Shown piece after piece: positions 36,918 through 50,486 of a stretch of DNA of 64,000 nucleotides. Source of the stretch: Marsupella aquatica (lineage: Eukaryota > Plantae > Marchantiophyta); contig OZ316891.1 in assembly GCA_973895155.1 (NCBI GenBank), positions 7,371,808 through 7,435,807 of the forward strand, written 5' to 3'. The stretch's first letter is position 1. Each line of letters starts with the position of its first letter. The position numbers were made by a program, and so were the translations under genes. The notes below the pieces were generated by a model. It ran no database searches. It worked only from the letters and a program-made list of their open reading frames with translations, and was not told the DNA's origin.

Positions 36918-37563
36918 GGGTCGTTTTGCATGTACATTGGCCCTCAAGAACGCGGCCTTTCACAAAGCCAAACTTACACAGAATCAGGCATTTGGTTTAA
37001 CAACTCGATCCTCCCCTGTGTTACGTGTTGGATGTGCTGAGGGGCTCGTGTCCACCTCTGTTGTTATGTGCGGCTTAGTTTACCGGGAGCAATAAAGGGG
37101 ATTGAGGCTGCCATTGTTGTATGTGCAGATCAAAGGTCGGGACTGTGAAGGGCCGCAAGGTTTGCGTGCCTTGCCCTTCCAAGTCCTAGTTTAGTGCCGT
37201 AAAGATGGCCTCGTTCAGGGGGCAGTTTTGTTCACTCAGGGGCTGCCACGGTTTGTCTGAAAGGCGGTTTTTTGAAAGACCGTCTACATGCAAGACGGCC
37301 CTTAGGCCTTTCTTGCATGTGCAAGAGTCCTGAAAACTGCGGCCCTTACCAAGCCACAAATGTTGGGGAAAAGTTAAAACCAAATGTTTTGTTTTATTAC
37401 ATTTAAAGGTTCGAGACCTCAAGGGCCGGAAATTTTCCAGCCCTTGCCCTTGTATCTCCACAAAAGAAGCCATCAGGACTGCCGCCCTCTCGTTGCCTCA
37501 ACTCATGACATGAGTTCATTTTAGGGCCGATGTGCAAAGGACCAAAGACATGCAAGACGGCCC
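36918..37563. mobile_element. Two adjacent Tourist/PIF-Harbinger-type MITEs (36918-37301 and 37305-37563)
   Basis: TTA|GGGTCGTTTTGCATGT..ACATGCAAGACGGCCC|TTA|GGCCTTTCTTGCATGT..ACATGCAAGACGGCCC|TTA. 16-bp TIRs and TTA TSDs fit Harbinger. Confidence 0.8.
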
Positions 37564-39677
37564 TTAGATGTCGCAGCTTCGTGACAGGAAGTCTAGGCTC
37601 TGGACCCTAATCCTAAACATCGCTACAGAGTCGTGCCCCGGTTGCTGCAGCATAATCGCGACCATGGGTGCTCGCTGCTGGGGAGTGGCACAACCTAGCT
37701 AGGGAGCTACTGTAGTGTTATACAAGGGGCTCAAGGAAGTACTTCATGGATTTTTATTTCGCTCATGGCCCCATCTAGCCTTTCGTTGGCCAGCTTTAAG
37801 AAGATTAAAAAAAATTACGGAAATGATTGGTTTGGGTATGAGCATTAGAGTAAACTACACGGTACTGTTTGGCACTGTCCTTGAATTGCCGTTGCCATGA
37901 CTACAGTGGTTGTATGGTATCGTAGTACCGTTAGCATAGTACAAGTGTAAAGAAAGAGTACGCACACGATGGGTCGAAGGATACCTGGAAGTTACCAAAA
38001 AGCACGAAATATAATATGCACAGTAACGCTGTGGGAAGAGCATCCAATCATCCATGATCCGTCCATTCACCATGAATTCAATTATTTCGTTCAACAACAT
38101 CCGAAGGACTTTTGAATGAACTCAACTATAAAAAATAAATTCAATTAAATATAAATAAATCCATTCACGTGTACCTGGGTTGAATCTCATTCAACGGCAC
38201 CAAGGTTTAGGCACAATCACTTGTTTTCAGTTTTCAATTATGAACAGTGAAAAAACAATTGAAAACCTTGTTTAAACCATTTGGCCAATGTAGGGTTTTC
38301 CCTATACCAGCCAAGTACAGGTATAGTGTACTAGTCCAAACAGTTTGATATGGTATTGAACTGATATATATTGGGTCACTCAAAATTCAAAATATCAAGG
38401 AATTAGTTTTTTGCCAGACCAAAGCAGGGAAAAATCCCCACCTGCACCCTCCCATAACTTTCCTATTAGAGAGAAAACCAGATCTGGAAGGTATCCCCAT
38501 GAGTCAAACCAGGTTCCACTACACGCCTGGTCTTCAAAGAAAAAAGAGGAGCATTCAATCAGGCGGGCTTGGGTCACTCTGTTCAAGTTGGTATTGGAAA
38601 AAACACACACACACATCAAAATAATTTAAAGGACAAACAAAGAAGCAAGGGTTCCCCCCACCCAAGGTGATAGTCCAGTTGCATAGCTTGCGTTCTTGGT
38701 TGGGCTTCCTTTCCACCTTTCCTCACAAAAAAAGTCTGAAACCACAAGAGGAGCATACATTGCACCTGGGTGTATATATCACACTGCCAACTACTAAAAA
38801 GCTACAAAGTGGGAGACAAGACCCAGGAAGACCAAAGAGCTAAATTTAAAATGCCCAAGAGTCACACACAACTGCCAATGAAGTAAAGCCATACTCAACC
38901 CTTCAACAACCCAAGGACTTGGAGCTCACTCTCTTTTTCATATTTTATCAAACTAGTGCTTTATAGATGATCAAAATAGTTGTTTAAACTCCTCTAGTCC
39001 TGTCAAAGGGGGTTTCCCCTTCAAGGAAAACTCCTCTGTTTAGTATAAAACTAAAAAAGTACTCCTCTTCACACACTGCAAGGGCTTGGGGTGACCTTTT
39101 TTATGACCCTCAACAAAGTTACAATATCCAATCTTGATTGATTCCATTTGATTGGATTTGATTTTTTGATTATTTATTTTCAATTTATTCCGCGTGTACC
39201 CCGTGGATGGGGAGAACCTCAGGCCAGAGAGGCATGTAAGAAATATTAGAAAAACAAGTCCTAAAAGGGAAGAGCGGCAAGGGCTCAGTACGCACGGGAC
39301 TATAGAACAGCCCTGCCTGCTCAGTCAAGTACCAGTCTATCAGGTTCTTCCCTTGCTCCATCATACAATCCAAATTGTTTGTTACTACTTCACAGAAAGA
39401 GGGTATCATCATATCCTCTCGCCTATCCTAACATATACATTAAGAGGCCGGTCTAGAAGTACCAGTTAACAATGCAGGGTCATGCAAAAAAATCCACATT
39501 TATTAGCTCTGCACTCCTAGAACCAAAAGCATTGCAGCCAACAGTGCTTCACTGAATCACAAAAAACCAAGTCAAATCAGGAGAGATAGTTTGATTCAAG
39601 AGCTTCTCTGGCACTTGCAAGTTGATTTCCTGGCAGGTCCTATAGCTGCTCCAACAACAACAACGTGGTGAAGGATG

Positions 39678-40024
39678 TGTTGGGCATTTATTCTTAGGTT
39701 TAGGGTTACAATTGTAACTGTATTTAGGGCTGACCTTAGTCACGGACTAGGTTAGGTTAACTAGGTTTCACACTATATCACAAATGGTACGTGTTTGCTT
39801 GGACAGGAGGAACTTAGGCTCATTGTTATGGAGCCACTTGAGAGATAAAGAAATCTTGTATTGCAGAGACTTGGTATAGCAGACGAGCCTATAGTACAAT
39901 AAATTTCTTGTGTGTTTCCATGGTTGTAGCCTCAGCTGAAGTGAGCCATGTATCTCTTGGTGTCGACTACTTATGCGTTAGATGTTCATCGGCTTGCCAT
40001 TGTGAATTTCATATTTGCTCAACA
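39678..40024 (+). mobile_element. 347-bp solo LTR
   Basis: TGTTGG..CTCAACA flanked by GGATG and GGGTG (TSD with one mismatch); colinear with the split LTR at 7887-14000. Confidence 0.85.
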
Positions 40025-41799
40025 GGGTGTGACCTGAGAAGACCAACTTTTATTGGATTTGAAAGTGTAATGGAGTACAATACACATTTGTATTTATAAA
40101 GCCATTGCCTATGTTGTCACTCTAATGTGTGTTGGCGTACTATATTTTACAGTATAAAAGAATGCCAACAAAGTTTTCATGGGAGTTTTCATAAAAGCTC
40201 AGATAAGTATTTTCTAGAGAAAATCAATTTTCAAATTAACAAGTTTTAAAATATCAGTTTGGGGAGTGAACAACATATCGATTGGGGTGAGTTAGGAGAA
40301 AACTTCACAACATGTTATTCACTCTCCACAGTGATGCCTATTCCCCAATCCAACAGGTCTCTCTCATTTCTTTTGTTATCATTGTCAAGGGATAGCATAC
40401 TAAGGACACCCAATAATAAGACTGTCTCTCCCAAAGTCTACCATTATAGCATGCTCATCCTGGAACATGCTTTATTTTTTGTCTTGTAGTGATCTGAAAG
40501 TAAATAAAATATGAGAGCATAGAAGTGCTGTTATATAAGTAAAGTGTCTGCCAAGAAAAGCAAAGTGACCAAGAAAAGGTACAGTCAAACCATGCTACGA
40601 TGTGTGCACTTAACTCAGGGTGCCTTATGAATGACACTCCTTTCAATAAAAACCATAAACCTAGGAAAGAAAAACATGAGGAGAACTTAAGAGACTATGC
40701 ATTCATGTTCTTCAGCATCATTTCTCTCACTCGTGGTGGTGGAGCCTTTGGTTTCATCTCTAGGACCATAAATGGGGCTGCCAAAATAAGTTTAAACACT
40801 CTAGAATACCTAAAACTAAAGGGGTCTAAAAATTAATTAAAAATTTATAGAATACAAAGGCTGCCCCTTGATAAGGCAGATTGAAATGAAAATACATGAC
40901 ACAAAAATCTGAATAAGACAAAATCTGAAATGTGCATTCACCATTATAGCAGCTTCAAATCTGAATAAGACTGTCACTCCCAAAGTCTACCATTACCACA
41001 TTGAGCAAGAGGCCTGTCTCTCCCAAAGTCTACCATTACCACATTGAGCAAGAGGCCTCTATAGTATTAGGATGTCTCAAAGCTTCATAATTACTGATGA
41101 TGACTTTTGGCCATAGCTTTTTCATAAGGTGTAAAAGTGTTTTTCCTTTTGCCTCTAAAGGGACATATGGTCATGGCATGGCATATGACTAATCTTATGG
41201 CTAAAAGTTATGGATCATCAATTTGGTAGTCCATAACCTTTTTGGTCTATAACCTTAACTACTAAGTTAAAGTTCATTAAATTTTGAGATCACTGGGGGC
41301 CTCACTCCATGGGAGATCACATATCATGCGCAACGTTTCAAATAATAAACACCCTAAAACTTAAGAAAATTAAGTAAATTTTTACTATATTTTAACCCAT
41401 AACTTTATGTGAATATTCCCAAAATTTGCATTGAAATCCCCTGTAGTCCTTAGAATTCAAATTTGGATTAAAACACCCTTAATGTTCTTCCAACAAAACT
41501 TCAAAGTCTTCTGCTCAGTTCACTTAAAAACACCCTAACTTATTCATGCACGATGGGTCAAAAGGAAAGAAATGAGGACCCTGGGATTGTATCCAGGGAT
41601 AGTTCTAGAGAACTCCCTGAAGTGTCTTTGTGGCACCTTAATTTAGACTCACTCCTCCTGGTGCTCGTCCCTAGCTGCCCGAGTCTTTTTGACTGGAATA
41701 TAATGTTAAAGTAAATATTAGTAAGGAATGCAGCTGGTCATCCAAAAGGCTGTAGCTCAATGGGAGGTGATCTATGTGGGAAGATGCAGGTAGAGCCCC

Positions 41800-42500
41800 T
41801 CTAGGGACACTCATTTGTTTTTAGTTCAAAAACTAAGAACTGTTTTGTGAAGTTGATCACATGTTTTAGAGATTCTCTGTCTTGTTAGGTTCACTTGAAT
41901 GGTTGACTGCAAGGCTGAGTGAGGGCAAGGGTGAATACTGTGGTGCTGAGGGTTTAAGTCATTCACACATGAGTAATTGGCATAGGTCATGAAGTGCCAA
42001 CTGCGTGCAGATGTCTCAACATCATAAAAATTTACAAGGCAGGTTGAAGTTCCCACTTGTGCAGGTGAAGCATAGGTCCACTCAGAGGAAGCTATGAGAA
42101 GGGTCCATGGTTTGAACCTGAGACCTTTCAAGTGCACAGCAGATCAAGACACTTGCACTAGAATGACAAAACCTCTTCATTTTCTAGAAGAAGAGTAGGG
42201 CATACCACTGTCTTATTTCACTTCCTCACCAGAATCATGTAGTAGCTAATGATGGACCACCAGAGTGATCTGGTAGCAGCAGTGCTGTGAACTCAAAGTT
42301 GTCTCATTTTGCTCTAGGAGAACTGGTGGTGACTTGGAGCAAAGCACATCCCAAAGCTCTTCTGGCAGTTTCAACCCCTATTTGAATCCTGAGTAATTCA
42401 ATTGAGAGACTAAGCTCAACTCAACCTGATTTTGTGCCTAGATAACCATTGACTCACCGCATTTGGCCACATTACTTACAACTCTACTATGTCCGTTAGT
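41800..42500 (-). mobile_element. Possible highly decayed LINE endonuclease remnant
   Basis: Broken frames contain YASP followed by GNFNL, reminiscent of the AP-endonuclease YxP..GDFN motifs; weak. Confidence 0.25.
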
Positions 42501-42883
42501 AAATCACACAAATAGAGTCGAGGGTAGCTTTACAAGACGTGGGGCTCATTGCATCTTCTTATTTCCTCTCAGATTAAATCTAGACAGTATAATGAGAGGA
42601 AAAGACTATAGTTGGGCTTTATAAGAATGGGGGCTAATCGGGTATGGTGTCTACCAATTATATGTGACAAGCAATGGGCCAAAGAAATGCTGATGTGGAG
42701 TGCTTATTCTTTTTAGGATTTAAGGGAGGTGGTCCAAACATCTCAAAACTTTGGTTCCTTCTTGGGATTTGCATTTATTTTAGTACTTTTCAAAAGACTA
42801 TTGGTCTTGAAGCATTTATTTAGAACAAGAAGTGGCTTCCTTTCCTTGGGTGATAAGAAGTCACAAGTGCACAACCTTTTTGT

Positions 42884-42947
42884 GAAGCCACCACTTCTCG
42901 TAAAGCCACTACTTCTCGTAAAGCCACCACTTCTTGTAAAGCCACCC
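42884..42947 (+). repeat. 18-bp minisatellite, about 3.5 copies
   Basis: AAGCCAC[C/T]ACTTCT[C/T]GTA repeated. Confidence 0.85.
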
Positions 42948-45900
42948 TGATATTTTGATATTTAACTGATCTTCGTCAGAATTCATAACAGCTGTACAAA
43001 ATTGCAAAGCTACGACTGCTTCAGTCGTTCTATAATAATAATAATTCCTCATAGCCATGATGAGACAATAATGCGGACAAAAAGTCATAATGATGACTAC
43101 AAATGTTCCTACCCAGGACACAAACCGGTGCACCGAACTCTAGGACTCTAGAAGCTATATTCTTGCAGATTGCAGAGCTATTGTATGATGAGAAATCCAC
43201 CCCCAAAAAACTTTAAAATAAAATTAAAATCCACCCAAATGTTAGCAAATAGCATGCAAATTGCTGTCCGTGTGACTGAAGTGATGTTTAAGACACTATC
43301 GCTTCGTTACTCAACCTATTACATTAAACCCTTGAAATGTATTTGATGCCTTGCTGTATTGCCAAATGCCAAATATCTCCCTCTTGCTGTTCTGTCATAA
43401 TTTCTAGCCCCAGTACTAATCATTAAACTTACACAAAGGTGAGGGCTAAAAGGGATCTGCCACACTCCCAGTGTACTCATACACTCATCCATTGGAGTGG
43501 CTATGCTGCCATCAAAGGATGTTGGAAGAAGGCAAATTGTACAGAATCAGATGGCCTCCTCTCATGACCTGACCACCCAATTTGGGAAACTGCTTTTTTA
43601 ATTAAGGGAGAGCCAGCTGCTGATGCTGAAGGGGAGCATGGAGGAGCAGGCCCACAAGTACACAGTTAAAAAGTAGAGACCACCATCGTCGTCATCATCT
43701 CTTACTCACTGGGCCTTGGAGGTTGGCACCGTTGTCTGTACTAACTTTCTCCCCAGTCTACTCACAAAACAAGGCTATTTTAGTTCAGGAAGTTGTACAA
43801 CCGTTCCAAAGATTGTTGGCCCGATCTTTGTAGAAAGATCAGGGCAGGGCAGGGCAGGGCAGGGCATGCAGGTGGGTGGTAGGCTGCTGGTGGCCTTATA
43901 GGTGAACAAATAGCAAGAGATATACTCTTTTTTTTTTTGTTGGATGAGCGGTGGTCAGTGGGGCAAGGGATCATGATCATGCTTTTCTCATCATAGATAG
44001 ACAGTGGGTGTACAAAGCAGCAGGCGAGCGAAGGAAAGCTAGGGGATCATGGTGGTTCTTAATTGGAAGGTTCTAAAAGTATCGATAAGTTTTATCCTTG
44101 AGAAAACACAAAAGAAAGAAAAGCCAGCCAGCCAGAGTTTGCCTGTCTGTCTGGGGGCGGGCTGCTGCTCCTGCTGCTCATGATCTGATCGATAATAATA
44201 ATATTCCTCGATCTCCGTCCCATGATCATCGTGGAACTCAGCGAAGCTGACCAGGGCAAAGCATGAAGCATCATGGACTTGCATGTCTTCGAGACTTCCA
44301 GTTGTAACGACTGCGGTAGACATGAGTTTGACCCGAGTGAGGAGGATGTGGGATCTTGCGCTGCCCGTGTTCAATGAAGGTTAATGGATTGATTGATTGA
44401 TTACTATCGCCCTTGTGAGGGAAAGACCGTGTGTGGTTACATGTGATTTCGTTGAGAAAGGACGGGTGGACGGACGGACGGATGGACTGTCTGTCTGTCC
44501 AGGGCATGGCACGGAAGGACCTGCGAACGAATTCATGTAGTGAGTAGTCTGCTACTGGCTGCGTTCCTGATCATCATAGTTACCAAGGTGGCTTGTTCTT
44601 TATAGTTTCTGAAATCCCAAAATCTCTTGGCGCTGAGCTAGAGCCGAGAGAGACTAGAGACTCAGACGCAGCAGTACGTGCCGTGTGTGAAATGGCAGTC
44701 GGAGAGGGAAGGCAAGGGACGAATGATCATGTTGATCGACAGAGACTGATCATCGAAATGCTTTTAATGTACGGGGCCGTGAGAGCAATATGTCCGGTTG
44801 CGAGGTTCGCCATGTGCAGCAGATCTGTTTCGAATGCAGTACTGCTCGTTGAGAGGGGGGGTGGGATTCATTAGCTAGCATCATTCTGGAGTACGAGTGA
44901 TTGTGCCACAGGAACACAGGAGACTAGACCAGACCAGACTAGGCCAGACAGTAGTACTGGTCAGTGGTGCTTCTTGCTGCTGCTGCCGGCGCCGGAGGAG
45001 GATTCATCTCAGTACAGTTCTTGGAAATTGATTCGTCGACGAGTGTACGGGGAAAGGTGTGGAGGAGGGTCGGGATAGGCCGAGAGTGATTAAAACTCAG
45101 TTAACAGGTACATGTCCAGCTTGTCGAGACAATAATGAGCTCCGGCCAGTCTGAACGAACCAGCCACCAGCATCCCTGCCCATGTGGATTGCTCCGGTGG
45201 CTGCCTGATGAATGGCACGGCACAGCACGGCTTATGTTTATGGTGGGAGACGACGCTCTCGGACTATTAGGTATTTAGATCTTTCGTCCCATCACACGAA
45301 CCGTAGTGCATGGCCACCGCTTCATGTGGATCGATCAGCGTCCTGGGACTCGACTCGAATCATCAGCCTGGCCAGGCCAGGAGAAGAAGATGGTGTGTGT
45401 GATCGATGGTGAGTTGGTTGGATGGATCGTTGTGTCCACCCCTATTTTTTCTTCGTGCGGGGATTTCCAACCCGGAGAAGAAGACCCGGGCTTTTGATAC
45501 AACGATCCTCCGTGTCTAACTCCCTTGACGTCGTGCTGCAGTGGTTGATCTGCTTACGATGGACATCGCTGGATCTTTTTTGCCATTGCTGGGATACCTG
45601 ACTTTTCTTGAAGGAGAGGAAGGAACTCTTGGCCTTTTGAGTTCATGTCTATCGATCGCCATCCCAGCTGGCTGCGTGCGAGCTAGGTTCTTCTGGTCTA
45701 GGTTTCCAGAGAGGAATTGTTGCAGCATCTGATCTTCAGCGTTCCCAATCCAGTCTTCTCCGCGATCAGTCAAGAGTCGCGGCCTAATTTAGATGCAGTA
45801 CAATGTTTTACGGTGAAGATGCCAGGCCTAATCGACAAGAGTCATTTCATGGCACGGATAAGAAGGAAAGCATCTTGTCGATTAGGCCTGGAATCTTCAG

Positions 45901-47733
45901 AGCAAAGGGCACAGATCACGCGAGCGGCACCCAACAGTCCGCGGCACTGTCTCATCACATACTCAATCTGGTCTGAAGAAGCTAGAAGGTCGCTCGATGC
46001 TTCTAACTGCGCCACTGAGAGCTGTCGTCTCCTTCAGATCGATCGATATTCCTGACCACACCTACTTGAAGGTGCGGAAGCTCAGCTTTTGGTACTCATG
46101 TGCTCATAGTCTGGATTGTGCATTGCTGTTAAAAACGTACGTTCTTGTTGGGTTGGGGTTTTCGACTCAAGCTGTAAATCAGCTGGAAGCTATACAATTT
46201 GCTTTTCCCTGATGAGACGAATTTAGACCTCCTGAAATTATGATCCATTCGAGTCTGATCGAAATTTTCTCGATTCCTGAGACCATTGCACCTTATCTCA
46301 AAGCAATTCGTAAATCCTACTTCCACAGCGTCAGTTCTCTCGCGCGTAGTTGATTTGTCAGCCGTTAGCCACGAGACTTTCTCGTGAATGGGGCAGGCAG
46401 TTTGACGGAGTGAATTGTTTTCGATCGCGCGGAGTTAAATTGTCAGCCGTTGGCCACGACACTCTCTCGTGAATGCAGGTGGCAGTTTCAGGGATTGAAT
46501 TGTTTTAGATTCAGAAATGTCGAACATGTTGAACGATAGATGAGAGTTGAATCGAGATTCATCCTTACAGCAGCAATCATCCGGAACTGTCGCCTTATCT
46601 ATGTGCATGTGAGTACAGGTTGAATGTGAATCATTTCTGCATGTGAGTGGGACCCAATCGGTATCTAATCCTCCAAGATTTGCAGATTTGATTCTCCACC
46701 ACGAAATTCTAAGCCGGGTCGCCTGTTTCTTCTGTGAGTTGGAAGTTCAGATTCGACTCGTGAAGCAAAAGGAGGACTGACGAAGGATATATATGCCGCA
46801 GGATAATAGAAACCCAATCATCACGATTGTGATCTTTGTGACAGCTTTGGACGTAGGTCATTCTTCGAACTTTAGCAAGCGCGCATGTGTTAGTGAGGGT
46901 CGCCCTAGCTGTCATAATTATTCTGGTCGAACTGATTCATACGGAACTAGAACTTACTGTCTACCATTTTAGATAGAAACGAATCGGGAATAGAAAACCT
47001 AGATCTGTGATTTGACATATCGATCAGTTCTTGTATCGAAACACTAGCGTTCCAGAACATCGAAGCCAATATAATTCTCCGCTTCTCGCCTTCGAATTCA
47101 TCCCATCTACAAGCGTCGTGTATATAAAATGCTATGTGTCCAGCTGCTTAATGCGGCAACTTGTGTTGTGGTGCCTGTACCAATCATGCGACTATTGAAC
47201 CCATCGTGATAGTTTCGTTCGTCACGGACGGGCGTCGAGAATGTTGTAGACCACCTGGTCGACTTTCTTTGTTTCAAATGTTTCGTCGAGCTTGAATGTA
47301 AAACTTTTCAAAGAACATCCGACAAAATGTCATCTATCTAGCTATCGCACTTTGATCTTCCACATCTTCCGTGGCTGTAGATCACTTGAACGCCTGTTGA
47401 TTTTAGTGCCCCGTGAATCCAACGAGGACGAATGGAATAGGCTCCTGTGCCATCCCGAGTACTCGATTGAGTTTCTATAAGAACGTTTAGCAGTCAGATG
47501 TCGTGAACTTCGTTTGCAGGCCTGACGGTGATGACGTCTCGTCCACAAGAAAGAATCCGAGCAAGTGTGGACAGAGAATTGTCGATATATATAGATACGT
47601 GTACTTCACTGAAGTGTACATCCAGGAATCCTAAATCAATGTGGATGAGAAGATCTCGTTTATGGAAGTTAGACGTTGGATCATTCTTCCATCCGAGGCG
47701 TGCGATGGAAAGATCGAAGAAATCTCCACTCCT

Positions 47734-48450
47734 GCCCAGATTCACACATTCCAGGCCGGTCCAAACTGGAAGACAGGACGGTGCAACTATATGATCTGGA
47801 CTACACATGTATGTACAGCAAAAGCCTTAGCTAAATGATAGTGAATGAGATGGACATTAGGCAATCATTGTCACTTCTAGGCGGGCGGTGGAAAAATGCA
47901 ATATACTCTTCTCCAGAATGCCAGATTGCATGCTAGTCCAAATTTGGAAGATTGGACTAGACATATCGCTCTGGACCTCACCAGAATGTACCGTACAGCC
48001 ACCTTAAACGAGCGTGAATGAGAAGCTCGAATATGGAAAACGTAAGGCAAAGTAACATTCCTCCCAGATTCCCAGTTGCAGGCCAGTCCAAATTGGAAGC
48101 ATGCACGATATACATCATTCATCGAGGTGGACCTCACCAAAATGTAGAGACATACATCAGACCTAACCTAAATGACTAACCTAAATGAATGAATGAGAAT
48201 GAGGAGGTCGACAACGGACACTAGACCAACATTCCTCCCTTTCTAGTAGTGCGGTGGAAAAATGCAACATCCTGCCCATGCAATATATTGCTCAGATTCC
48301 CAGATTGCAGGCCAGACAGTACAAATTTGGAAGAATGGATGAGACAATTAATATCGATGTGGAGTTGTGGACCTCACCACGCTGTCCATACAGTCAGTTG
48401 TTCAGTACTGCAAACCTAGCCTAAATGAACGAATCTGAATGACGAGGTGG
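47734..48450 (+). repeat. Degenerate tandem array, 4 units of 150-230 bp
   Basis: Recurrent CAGATT..TTGCAGGCCAGTCCAAA(T)TTGGAAG..TGGACCTCACCA..CCTAAATGA..TGAATGAGA. Confidence 0.7.
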
Positions 48451-49587
48451 ACTGTCTGAATTAGGGGAATTGAGAAAGACAAGCTCCCGCACAGCATCCC
48501 AGATGACAGAAGATTGGGCGCTAGAGTACTAGAGTAGAGTAGAGAGCTGGTACGGTCCGTTGTCATAGCCTCGATATACCTATCAATCATGGGCGGTTAC
48601 TTAAGGGAACGGCACTGTTCAGTGATACGAATCGTTTTTATTGGTTGGCAAGTTGGCATCATTGCAAACCACAACCTCCTCTTCGTCGATCTAAGTTTAC
48701 GACCTGGGCCTCTGGGGAATGACAGACACTGGACTGCTGCGGGGATGCGCCCCGGTCTGCTCTGGTCTGGCCTGGTCTGGTCTGACCGGGCAATCGTAAT
48801 CTTCTTTCAGACACACAGTCCAGAAATGCTCAGTCCTCACGGGTCCGCCACAGCCCAACAGCTCTCACAGAAGCAGCCTTTCGCCGACTCCACTTGCAAC
48901 CGACATCATTCTACCTATATGGCTCGACTGTCGCACAGACGCACTCGGCACTCCTCTCTGGCCATTCAACAAGGGGCACTTTATTCAACGATGCGTCGGC
49001 TTTGAATCAAAGACGATGGAGTGATCAGTGATGGACGGACCTCGAACACCAATTTATCGTACAGATCCAGCTTAGAATTTCATTTCGAGGTGTATTACAT
49101 AATTTTATCATTACCTCATTATTATTTTTATTTCAGAGTGAGTAGGACACCCTATACGTGTGCACACCTTCTATTAGCACATTCAGTTTTTAAGTATATT
49201 TTCACTGAAGATTTTTTAAATTTATAATATTGCCAGGGTTTGGTATATTACTAGTTATTCTAGTTATCTTGGTGAACTTGTCATCCATATATCAAACCAT
49301 GATATTTTGATATATAAATTAAAAAAAAAGATAATTTTATCAATTATAATATCTTTAGTAACAAAATAATTAAAAATTGTTAGCACTTTTGATGTGTGAT
49401 TATTTGTAAGGCACAGTGCAGGCTGGCCATGTACTCCCTTCTTATTAAAGCAATTTCATCTGTAAAGTGGGTATAGGTGATCCTCACTGGCCATGTAATC
49501 CCAAAATGTTATAGCAACTCATTGTAAAGTGGGTACAAATGATCTTTGCTGGCCATGTTTTTTCATTTCCTTTTTCTTCTTTTTAAT

Positions 49588-49676
49588 AAATTTGGATCAT
49601 TTCTCTATTTTGTGTGCCATCCTTGTGTAGGGGCCATGCTAATCTTGTCTCTCTCATTCAAATGTCCCTGAAGGGA
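49588..49676 (-). pseudogene. U6: U6 snRNA retro-pseudogene
   Basis: Reverse complement reads TCCCTTCAGGGACAT..AAGATTAGCATGGCCCCTACACAAGGATGGCACACAAAATAGAGAAATGATCCAAATTT, matching plant U6 but with an internal deletion and a corrupted ACAGAGA box. A-rich tail 49560-49587; candidate TSD TGGCCA[T/A]GTT; no USE seen. Confidence 0.85.
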
Positions 49677-50486
49677 TGGCCAAGTTATTAATCCAAACTT
49701 AAACATAAAAATATGCATGAATATTAGTGTTTACTTTTCTGCCCATACATAACATTGTGAATGACCAAATCATCATTTCAGTCCAATGATTTTCCCTGTC
49801 ACTAACTCTGTCCTCACTCCTGTCTTACAGATATTCTGTTAGAGGCCAGACCACTTTAGGTCCAAGCTTAGCTCCATTCCCCCAATACTTCAACCGTTTT
49901 TTAGAGTTCAATAAAAATATAAAATATAAAGTACATTTAGGTCCTTATATAAATACCTTATTTGGCATTCATAGTTTATGAATCTTTGAGTAAATTGAGT
50001 GCCTCGCATTTTTCACATACTGCCTCAAAGCAATTTTCTCACTGGTAAAATACCAAATGAACTTAATTTACTCAAAAACATTTTTTAATATATGTTTATA
50101 AACCCTGCTAAAGGGGAAGCGAGCAACACAATGATTCATGAACCAAAGAAACAATTCTCACCAACGAGTTTATGGGGAAAATCTACAGCCCAAATAACCT
50201 CAATTTTTTACAAATGGAATTCATATTTTCTAGGGCATGGATACTTTGTGGAATGACTATAAGGCCAAAAATGTTTAATTTTACATATAATCTTGTACTT
50301 TATAGAACATTGCTCTTGTTACCCGTATTGTAGTAATTTTTTCGTTGTGGAGCTAAAGGAGATTTTAATTTGCATAAGCATTGTTGCTGAGAACTATTTT
50401 TGAGAGACCATTGTTCTTGTTATAAATAATGTTTTGATTTATTAATTTATTGCTATAGGATTACTTGAGATTTTTTTGGGAAGTAT

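Noticed and set aside
49588-49676. Functional U6 snRNA gene
   Set aside because: Internal deletion, damaged ACAGAGA box, several substitutions and no USE promoter element.
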